DNA of 63,438 nt, the filler included, from Choristocarpus tenellus KU-1152 (Eukaryota; Protista; Phaeophyceae), in the NCBI GenBank assembly GCA_964200185.2. It is 12 parts of 12 records of this genome, joined end to end, with 100 filler letters (N's around TTAATTAATTAA, not from the genome) between each part and the next. Parts side by side here need not be neighbours in the genome. Positions count along the whole stretch, not along the records: positions 48,169 to 57,277 come from CAXNAD020003975.1; positions 57,378 to 59,926 come from CAXNAD020026860.1; positions 60,027 to 63,438 come from CAXNAD020020211.1; 9 more parts are not named here. One strand, given 5' to 3'. Shown piece by piece: positions 54,101 to 63,438 of the stretch (positions are counted from its first letter, which is position 1; the number at the start of each line of letters is the position of its first letter). The notes beneath the pieces are model-generated. The model had not been told where the DNA came from, ran no database searches, and worked only from the letters and a program-made list of their open reading frames with translations. The position numbers and the translations under genes were made by a program.

Positions 54101-56760
54101 GATGTGATGGGTATGGTGGGTGTGATGAATGTGATTGATGTGATGTGATGTGTATGGTGTGTGTGATGGATGTGATTGATGTGATGTGATGGGTATGGTG
54201 GGTGTGGTGGATGTGATTGATGTGATATGATGGGTATGGTGGGTGTGATGGATGTGATTGATGTGATGGATGTGATTGATGTGATGGATGTGATTGATGT
54301 GATGGATGTGAACTCTGTGCGGTTGATGGTTGTGTATTAATTATGCCACGGATTGTTGTTATTCATTGTCAATTGTTGCTCTTTCAATCAATAGTGCACC
54401 AGTGTTAGTGCTGTTAAGGAGCACTACTCTCTCCCCTTCAACAAGGGGACTGATCTCTTGATGTGCTTTACTTGTCTGCTTTGCTGTGGTGCCCTTTACA
54501 CACATCTACCCATTTCATTGGTTCATCTCAGTATGTTATTATTTTATTATTTTATTTTGATGTAAGTTGTTATTATATTTATAGAGCCTTACCTTATTGT
54601 CACACTATTCCTTCTCTTCCACAAATACCTTGGCTCATTTGTGTGAATGTGTTGTATGTATTGTGAAATGTGTTTAGATGGTGAGGTCGTCACCAGGGGA
54701 GGTGGAAAGGACTACAAGGGCCAAAGTTGGAAGGGCTTGAGGGGGGAGGTTGACTCTTCATTGAAGTTGGTAAGTCAGGTGTTGAAGTGCTCATAATGGT
54801 GATAGTATTTCTAAAAGTGACAGTGAAAGTATTGAAAGTAGAGATTGGTGTGTTTTAAGTAGTGAATTGTGTGTGTCATATGATGGGTTTGATCTTGCAT
54901 TAATGAATCCCTTTTCACAGGCACCTCAGGGTTAGGGTTATGGTTATAAATTGTTATAAGGGAGGGTGCTGCTGTGGTTTGTGTTGGAAGAACATGCAGA
55001 TCTGTTGATTATAGTTAAGACTTGTGTGATGCCTCTGAAGATGTTGATGTATTGGCTAATGATGGATATACTGTACTGTTTTTTCTGTTTACAATATTAA
55101 TCTGTACACACTAATAGTTAATAGTTAATAGGCAAGAAATAGTTATGGTTAAATGAATACTGTTGATTAGTGTTTATGTTACCAATTAACACCTGAAAAG
55201 TTCAAGTCTGTTTGGGGCTTTTCCATGGGTATCTGTAAATTGTTTTTTGATGGTGCAGTACATTACAGTCTAATCTAATCTAATCTAATCTAGTACAATA
55301 GTCTCATACATATATTTGCAATATCTAAAATAGTAGAGTACAGCACAGTAGAGTATACCATAGTAGACAGAGAAGAAACCTTGACAGTACTTTCAGTGTG
55401 TTTACTCTGAGTCTGAAGTGTTGAAGCGGTGAGGTGAGATGAAATTTAAACTCAAATTCACTTTCAAATTCACATTCACAGTGCTATAAATTGGATGAGT
55501 ACATTCCTCCTATGGGTGAGAAGTAGGGTTATTTCCATTCACATCATTAGTCGAGAGTAGCAACTACTCCCAATAGTAGTAACTACTAACTAGTAAGTAG
55601 TAACTAGTTTGTCAATAGTAGTAACTAGTAACTAGTCTCTAGTTTGTCAATAGTAGTAACTAGTAACTAGTCTCTAGTTTGTCAATAGTAGTAACTAGTA
55701 ACTAGTCTCTACTCCCAATAGTAGTAACTAGTAACTAGTCTCTAGTTTGCCTCAACTGATGATTTGTGATCTTCATAAGACACATCCACTCAGTTGTATT
55801 TTGTCTACTCACTCACCTTTGTTAACGTGGATTATGTGATGGTGATGCTTATGCTTATGCATATGGAACACTCTAGGAAGGGATTGGGATTGAAGGCAGT
55901 GACCAACATGGTACAGACTCCAGAGGGGCAGAATCAACATCATCACCATCTAAACAAGCCAGGCACAGGAAGAGGGGGAGACACAGCCGCAGTCACAGTA
56001 CAAGCCGGAGCTTAAGCAGGACTCTAAACGGTATGGTCATTTATTTATTTTTGGTCTGTATACTGTCTTTATACTGTCTGCATACTATCTGTATACTGTC
56101 TCTATACTCTCTGTATACTGTCTTTATACTATCTGTTTAATGTCTGTATACTGTCTGTATGCTATCTGTATACTGTCTGTATACTATCTGTGTCGTTTAT
56201 AGAGTTACAGGTTACACTATCTTATATTATGTTCTGATATGTGTGGACAAAGTTTTGGGGTTGGGTCAATGTGATATTAATGAAATATTATGTAACATTT
56301 TACAGTATCTTGTTCTATTGTTCTCTCTCTCTCTCTTGTGTGTGTGTGTGTGTGTGTATTTGTTCTATTTGATATTTTGAATAAATAGGTACCATTTCTA
56401 GTTGATTTAATGTGTTTGCTACTTCTGGTAAATATTGATGTCCTAATAAGGTGGTGAATGTTGATATCCTCATAAGTTGATAAATATTGATGTCCTAATA
56501 AGGTGATGAATGTTGATATCCTCATAAGTTGATACATGTTGATGTCCTTGTAAGGTGAGGTTGGTATTCAGCGAACGTCCTCAGGTTAAGTCAAAACTAA
56601 GTGCTATGTACAGCGTTGTGTTTGTCTGGTGCTAAGCAGAGTCAGAACCTGTCTATTTCCACTTGTCCTGGCAGTCCCAGGTTACAATTCACATGTTGTA
56701 TATGTATACTGCTTTCCCAACTTTCTGACTCCTCTCCCCTTCTTGAAGTGGTGAGTGGTA

Positions 56761-56794
<34 letters not shown>

Positions 56795-57277
56795 GATAAT
56801 CGTTAATGCTTTTTGAAGTAGATGATGTCAATGATGATAATGATGATAATGATTTGCTTGATATGACCAGGAATACTTTTCTTATTATGACTGGTACATG
56901 ATTATATAGATCTGCAGTATGTCATTTTAGGCGTGTAAGTATGTAGGATAGTTATTTGTTAATGTTGATCTATTCTTCCCTTAATGTTGTCTTTTGTCCA
57001 CAAGGGTATGCTTCATCAGCAAGGAAACCCCATAAGCGGGAGAACAGCCCCAATCGGCTGTACCATTCAACAACTACAACAACTCATAACTACAACAACA
57101 ACAACAGCTCTAGTCGCAGTCGCAGTCGCAGCCACAGTTGGAGCCACAGTTGGAGCCCAAGGCATCGCAGTCACAGTGGTGATTACAGCAGAAGTTACAG
57201 TAGAAGTCATAGCAGAAGTCGCAGCCCCCACCGTACCAGAGAATCAGGCAGGGGAGACAGGAGGAGGAATGGGGGGG
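51106..57277 (+). CDS. Multi-exon K/E/G-rich protein with C-terminal RS-rich segment (partial)
   Basis: Clean exon 51106-51945 (CAG…GTGAG, 280 codons). Candidate exons at ~53730-53963, ~54680-54770, ~55876-56030 and 57006-57277 (SRSRSRSHSWSH…RSRSPHR). Possible first exon 48606-48746. Confidence 0.55.
53419..53560. repeat. (AGTACAATAT)n 10-bp satellite
   Basis: Directly visible. Confidence 0.9.
54050..54310. repeat. ~41-bp GT/GAT-rich minisatellite decaying to a 17-bp unit
   Basis: ATTGATGTGATGTGATGGGTATGGTGGGTGTGATG.ATGTG repeated. Confidence 0.9.
55570..55750. repeat. ~35-bp minisatellite
   Basis: CAATAGTAGTAACTAGTAACTAGTCTCTAGTTTGT repeated. Confidence 0.9.
56055..56190. repeat. (TATACTGTCTG)n 11-bp satellite
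   Basis: Directly visible. Confidence 0.9.
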
Positions 57278-57377
57278 NNNNNNNNNNNNNNNNNNNNNNN
57301 NNNNNNNNNNNNNNNNNNNNNTTAATTAATTAANNNNNNNNNNNNNNNNNNNNNNNNNNNNNNNNNNNNNNNNNNNN

Positions 57378-59900
57378 AAGGCTTGGTAAAATTAGCGTGT
57401 CCGTAGTGCCGTAAAATACTTCAGCACCAATATATGAATACTTAGCACTTTGCCAAAGTGATGATCTTGGCGTGCTTCTTCGCAGTGCGGATCCCCCAGC
57501 ATTGATTCTCACAATGGCTTCACGGTTTGAGATACATCTTGGGGGGTGTTTTCGTGTGAAAACGAAATTGACACGCCTTTTACTTTTTCCGTTGCATTTG
57601 GTGCAAACCTCAACACCACAGACCGAATTAGTTGGTCACACATGTATGCAGAGGCCTTAGGGGGATGGAGTAAGGTAGCTCCATTGCATGTGTGACACAC
57701 TACTGCCTGTGGCAAACCTGTGCAACATTGTACCAAATTGCTGAGTTTGGAAGATAGGTTTTGATCTTGGGTCACCACTCCATGCACATGCCTATGTTTA
57801 AAAATATTACTATGGACCATTTCTTGGTTATGGAGTGAGTTCCAAGTTTGAAAGTTTGGGTTGGTACTGGTGTCTTTGATACGTTATGTCATATATGGAA
57901 TGGAATGGGTGTCAAGATCAACAGTTGGTGTTCATACTCGTGTTTGCGTTTGACTTTCAGGTTCATCTCATTTGGGGGCGGGCGGACAAGACTACTAGAA
58001 TACTGTGCACCATTGCCTTAGTGTTGAGGGATAGGCAGTTGAGGCACAATCAACAGGCAGGTGAGGGTCGGGGTTGCACACCATTAAGGAAAGCAACAGC
58101 AACTAAATTTGTCTAAAATGCAGCTCCTGTTGCTCCTACTTCAGCCCAGGGAAACTACCTCTCCTCTTCTGGTGTTGCAACTATGATGACAACAACTGGC
58201 CTCATCCAAAAACCACTTCGTTCAGAAGCTTGTCCTCTCCCCTGCTTCTCCAAGACAAAAAACCTCCTCTCATTCAAAGAGTAAATACAACACCATCAGG
58301 GACACCCCCTCACCCTAGCCCCTCATTCCCACTCCTTTGGTAGTGCCACTGCCCCACCTTCTTCTGTAGCCCTGAAGCCAGCGCCTGGAATGGACGAACT
58401 ACCCTTCCCAACCGTGTGCGCACCCCCTCCTGCCCAGTCCCCTCGTTCATAGAAGATGTGAGGGGATTCTCAACGTATGTTGATTCATAGCGCCCCTTAG
58501 TTTCAGAGGTGTCTGTTGCGTTTCGCTTCCCTCCGATCCCAGAAGGTGTCTCCATCTCATCTTCTTTCTGTAGGCGGCGAATTTAGGAGAGTGTAACCGA
58601 GACGAGGAAACGGGATGGGAGAAAGAGCATTGGGGTGATGGTCGCAAGAGAAGACCCTTCGATGAAGCGAGTAGAAATGAAAATGTGTCTAGGCGCATGT
58701 TCGCTGTACTTGACGCAAAACGAAAGGCAACCTACTCCGTCACTCGCAAAGGAAAACGCATCTCCTGCATCCAGCCTTTGGTGGTATGACCCAAATAATG
58801 TATTACCAACAGGCCCATCAGCTGTGGTGGACTATCACACATATTCCGCCGACCAAAAGGGTAAGGACCAAAACCCACCTTGGAGATCAACCTTGCTCCC
58901 TCTACCAAGCGCTTTACCAGCCGACCCAGAGGCCGTTCGGGCGGCGTATCCTCTGACATCTTGGTAAAATTAAGCACAAGAGATCTACCCGAGCCGCGTC
59001 TTGGCATAGACACCGCATTCCTTCCCCTGGTGGATTCGAGGATCCCATCCACATGATCTCTAAGACCATGGTGGCCTCTAAAGGAGGGCCTCAAAGGAGC
59101 GACGGCACGGGTCCCGACTTCGCTAAAAGCTCGAGCATCTTTTTTGTAGTTACGAAGGTTTAAAGCAGAGCAGGAGGTAGAAGAGCAACGCCGAGAAGGG
59201 AGGGGCAAGCAAACATGAGCAGGTGCAACACGTAGGTGTTTGAAAACACTGGATATTCTACAGAAATAGCACGCAAAACAACACCGACATGTAGGAGGAA
59301 GCATACCCTTTGATCCCTCCAGGAAAACAATAAGGCAAGTGAAGCAAGGAAGCTTCTTCATGACGTCTAGGTCACGATGTTTTTACTTGTCCCTTGAGGT
59401 TGATGCAAGTGTGTTGTTGACTTAGTACAGTAGTAGTAGATATCACCCTTCAAAAGTGTTATTAGTTGGAGGAATCGGTCAAAACTATCGAGGATTCTCT
59501 GTTGTTGTCCTTTATTGTGTATTAATTCCAAGTGACAAATCCATAAACAAATTTCTTGACAATAATTTGTGTTCTGTTGGGTGTACGCCCTTACATCGTT
59601 ATAAAACCCCTGTACATATTCCACGTTATTGTACGTTCGTTGTCTCAAGCGATCCACTGGCCAAAAAGGCGGGTGACCACTTCAAAAAAATCTGGAAACG
59701 TATCGAACATGCTAGGCTTTGACCCAGGGTCAACTCGTACACTTGCTCTTGCTGCCAGAAAAGTCAAAAATGCACTACCAACAGGGACAATGGTGTTGGA
59801 CGATCCAAAGAAGAGGGCACTCTAGTAACGCTTCCAACGGGCAGTGACGCTTCCATACACGCACGAGTCACCCCTGCTTTGGGAATCACCACCCCTATTG
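57378..59900 (-). mobile_element. Degenerate Ty1/copia element (gag to RT)
   Basis: Minus-strand gag-like FPDF.KW..AF (~59690) and knuckle-like debris (~58800), then PRSSLWQSAKY…FYGTTD (copia P...HW.A.KR.LRYL.GT.D) at ~57470-57400. Confidence 0.5.
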
Positions 59901-60079
59901 AGAAACCTAGAAACAAGTACTGAAGTNNNNNNNNNNNNNNNNNNNNNNNNNNNNNNNNNNNNNNNNNNNNTTAATTAATTAANNNNNNNNNNNNNNNNNN
60001 NNNNNNNNNNNNNNNNNNNNNNNNNNCTTGGCTCTGGCATTGAGTGTTTCTCCCTCATCTAAATCTGGCACATAACTCA

Positions 60080-60339
60080 GAGTGAAACTATCTTAGAGGG
60101 TACGAATTTTTCCCTGAATGTCCATTTGTGGGGCTTGACTTCCCATGGGTTTTTTTATGACATTTTTCGACTTCAAAATGTTTCGGAGTAGGTAAAATGT
60201 ATACGTTATGAAAGGTGTGTCCGGAACAAGGATATTGACACCTCCTAACAAGCACAATAGTCAAAATTACATCAAAATCACAACATTGTATTTTGACCCC
60301 CAAATGGACGCGGTTCTACCCTCTAAGATACTTTGGCTC
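60080..60339 (-). mobile_element. MITE family A copy
   Basis: GAGTGAAACTATCTTAGAGGGTA … TACCCTCTAAGATACTTTGGCTC. Confidence 0.9.
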
Positions 60340-60347
60340 TTATAGCT

Positions 60348-61913
60348 CTATGTATCCTTCTCCATGTCCCTACGCTTCTGCTGGCGGTCAACAATCGACC
60401 GACGGCGTTGTTTGACACACAGGGCCGCAGCCTCGTCACTGTCCCTCTTGTTCTTCTCTCGAAATTGGTTGACATCCTCCTCGATCTCGTCCTCTGTCAT
60501 GTACGACCCCAGTTGAGGGGGCAAAGATTTTTCGCCATCATCCAGGAGGTAGGACACTGAGTAAACGTACACCCCTGAACCATCTACGTGAACATTGCTG
60601 ACCTTCCCCTGTATGATAGCCCCCCTACTCGTGCGTAGGATGAAGCTGGTTCCTCGGCCGAACCTGGCGTCGGATGTGTCCCCAAGTCTGAGTTGCCTAG
60701 AGAGCGAGCAGGTATCCCACCGTGGGATTGTCGGTTGGATTCCGAAGTGAATCTCTGGTATTGACCAGGCAGGATCGTGAATGTGTTGTCCAGGTGGTTG
60801 TAGTCGATGTTTGTGAAGTTTGGGATGATGATAGCCTGGAGGGGCACGACGCGGGGACCTGGTTGTGCGTCCTGCATCACCACAAACATGTTCGTTGCAG
60901 GGGCCGTGTTGGTGTGTAGGACTATTGGCATGTGTTTACGCACGATGGCCTTGTTTGGTTGTATAGGGGTGTTGTTTGTTGATCTTTTTGAGAAACGGAT
61001 AGTTTTATGTATTACAGTGGATACACTTAGGCAGCGGAATGAATGAATGGGATGCGCTTATTTGCCCTACGTAACTTGTAATATATAACGTGAAAGGTGT
61101 CAGTGGCAGTTGCAGATTGAGAGAACAAAATGACACTGGTTTGGATGTCAGGATTGGACGTTATGGTAGGTGCTTATGTGGGTTAGAGGGGATATAAAGA
61201 GATATGTGACATCTGTACATGGACAGCGTGGTCTCATTCGTGTGGGGCATTGTTCTCTCTTAGAAGCAATAAGAAGCGTTCCTCACTTTGTCCGTCCGTG
61301 ACATGTAATAGTTGGCACTCCATCAACAAAGCTAGCACCTAGCACCCCGAAGTCTTCAGTGACAAAGATGACCTCATCTCCAGCACTGAACATCCCTCCG
61401 TAGTTGGAGTGGTGTCTGGCGTTCCATTGAATCGTGTCCTTGCGGTGGACAGTGAACGGCAAGAACTCTATACCATTGTACTCCGATGGCTGCGTCCGCA
61501 CAATGCATATGTTCCCCTTGGTGAGCTGTATCTTCTTCCTCGATAGCTGACTTCTCAGATAACATATCACCCGTTCCCACTTCTGTGGAAAATTCGAGGT
61601 CTATCTCCTTAAGCGGGGGCACGTGGTTTAGTTGCCACCTGCATTGGGCCAGGTTGCCGATGGAACAGTTCGTGCAGTAGCACAACAGTTCGGTGTATAT
61701 CAATGTACGGGAGTCTCCGGTGGTGAGCCGGATAGTGAAGAACCTGTGCATGGACTTGATTCCACTGAGGTTTGGGACACATAGGCCATGTCGTCCCGCA
61801 CGGTCGATCTTGTAATATGGAAGGTGGACTATCTCCTGTGTGCGGAACGTGTCGATGTATAGAAGTTTCGTATACGCGTTGCTGTGCTGTCTGCCGTCCC
61901 TGTCCGTCCAATC
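60348..61913 (-). pseudogene. Intron-containing 3' part of a Sola2-like transposase (frameshift near 61535)
   Basis: The exon after CTTAG at 61913 reads …YKIDRAG…LSGIKSMHRF…IYTELLCYCTNCSIGNLAQC…, then in a shifted frame KGNICIVR…NGIEF…YGGMFSAGDEVI. This resembles the GT..H…R.LSC.C..C…C C-terminus of Sola2-type transposases. Further open segments at 60943-60584 and 60572-60348. Confidence 0.55.
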
Positions 61914-62042
61914 CTAAGGGTTGAGGTGATTGTGCGTATAATGGGAGAGATGGTAGGTGTTGGAGTCAGTGTCGGCACTGAGGCAGTGTGCTGTGACCGA
62001 TTCGATGTGATGGCATTTTATTTGGGATGGTATGTGCTACCT

Positions 62043-63112
62043 ATTCCTGTAACAAGTGTTTGGTAATGACAGATGGCAACGTGTGATGAAACCCAAAACT
62101 TGGAGTTTTGGGTTAGTTTGCCGATTGGTAGACTTTTGAAAAATAGAGTGCGATGGTTGCAAGCGTGCACGGACTTTGTGCGGTCGATTAAGAAGTGCGT
62201 ATGTGCGATTATCATGTGATTCATAGTGTCGGCATGAAGGGAAGGCGCGGATGTGACATAATGGATCAACGAAATCTCTATTGGCTTTTTTCTAGTGTAT
62301 GGGTTAGCAAGGGGCGGGAGAGTGCAGACTGCCGTGAGTTGCAAACAGGGATTAATTATTGTGAGTGGGGAAAATCATGCACATGGTACATGTAGTATCT
62401 ATTCCTGCAGCAAGTGATGGATACATGGCCGACGTTGTTACGTGAAAGAAAACAATTACTTGGAGTTTTGGGTTAGTTTACCGATTGGCAGACTTGTTCT
62501 AAATCAAGGGCGATGGTGTCAAGTGTGCACGGACAGTGTGCGGTCGATTAATACATGCATACGTGCGATTATCATGTGATTCGTGGTGTGGACGTGAAGG
62601 GAAGACGCGGATGTGACATAATGGGTCAACGATATCTATTGCGTGTTTAGTGTATGGATTATCAAGGGGTGGGAGGGTGCAGACTGATGCGCGTGGCAAG
62701 CAGGGATCAAATCATTGTGGGTGGGGAGAATCATGCATGTACTATATGTAGTATATATTCCTGCAACAAGCTATGGGTATATGGTCGACGTTGACACTGG
62801 AAAGAAAACAAGAACTCGGAGTTTTGCGCGAGTTTACCGATTGGGAGACTTGTACAAAAATAGGCAGCGATAGTTGTAAGTGTGTACAGACTATCTGTGC
62901 AGTCATTTGATAAGTGTGTATGTGTTTTCTTGACGCTGCGCGTCATGTCGGCGTGAAGGGAGTGACGGATGTGACACAAGTTTGAATGGTACATATTGAT
63001 TGTTTGTTGCATGGGTGGGCAAGGGGTGTACGTGTTGGGGTTATCGCCAGTGGCAAACAGAGGCCAAACTTTGTGAGTGGGGGGGGGGGTCGTCATGTGG
63101 AGTGTGCCTACC
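62043..63112. repeat. Three diverged ~357-bp tandem units
   Basis: Units start ATTCCTG at 62043, 62401 and 62757. Shared blocks GGAGTTTTG.G..AGTTT.CCGATTGG.AGACTT, TGAAGGGA and CGGATGTGACA. Confidence 0.92.
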
Positions 63113-63124
63113 TTTGTGACGATT

Positions 63125-63377
63125 GAGCTAAAGCATTATCTTAGAGGGTAGATCCGCGTCCATTTAGGGGCCAATATCCAATGTTGCGATCTTGACGCAA
63201 TTTTGGCTATTGTGTTTATTAGGAAGTGTCAATATCCATGTTCTGGACACACCTTTTCATAAGATACACTCTTTACCTACTTCTAAACGTTTTGGGAGTA
63301 GGAAAATGTCATAAAAGAACCCATGGGAACCCAAGCCCCAAATGGACAAACAGGGCAAAACTAGTACCCTCTATGAT
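63125..63377 (+). mobile_element. MITE family A copy, right TIR interrupted
   Basis: GAGCTAAAGCATTATCTTAGAGGGTAG … GTACCCTCTATGAT, then the next copy begins. Confidence 0.88.
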
Positions 63378-63438
63378 GAGCCAAAGTATCTTAGAGGATA
63401 GAGCCGCGTCCATTTGGGGGTCAAAATACAATGTTGTG
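63378..63438 (+). mobile_element. MITE family A copy (window-truncated)
   Basis: GAGCCAAAGTATCTTAGAGGATAGAGCCGCGTCCATTTGGGGG. Confidence 0.88.

Noticed and set aside
53419-56560. Tandem arrays as CRISPR
   Set aside because: They are contiguous low-complexity minisatellites without spacers, inside introns.
62043-63112. CRISPR-like or guide-RNA array
   Set aside because: The whole 357-bp unit is homologous between copies (no unique spacers), and no Cas/TnpB/Fanzor RuvC motifs are visible nearby.

Overview
This window is not one locus. It is 12 unrelated eukaryotic contigs joined by 11 artificial 100-bp linkers (N-run + TTAATTAATTAA + N-run), so nothing can be inferred across a linker. The DNA is intron-rich, with short GT-AG exons, many microsatellites and unusually frequent short interstitial TTAGGG arrays. 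That profile fits a brown alga or related stramenopile (inference). Recognisable host genes are three exons of a myosin motor domain, the 3' half of an AGC-type pseudokinase, a 7-exon PSMD5/S5b-like proteasome chaperone, a gene with a 3.7-kb low-complexity exon, and several unidentified multi-exon genes. Mobile DNA includes a full-length but decayed plant-mariner-like (DD40D) element with 26-bp TIRs and TA TSD, Copia, Ty3/gypsy and DIRS-like remnants, and a probable Helitron 3' end. The most coherent hidden system is Sola2-like. At least three short non-autonomous families (12 full or partial copies) share a 14-bp terminus, consensus GRSYSAAAGTATCT. Two Sola-like transposase remnants are also present; one contains introns and is preceded by three diverged ~357-bp tandem units. 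No CRISPR array, rRNA or convincing tRNA was found.
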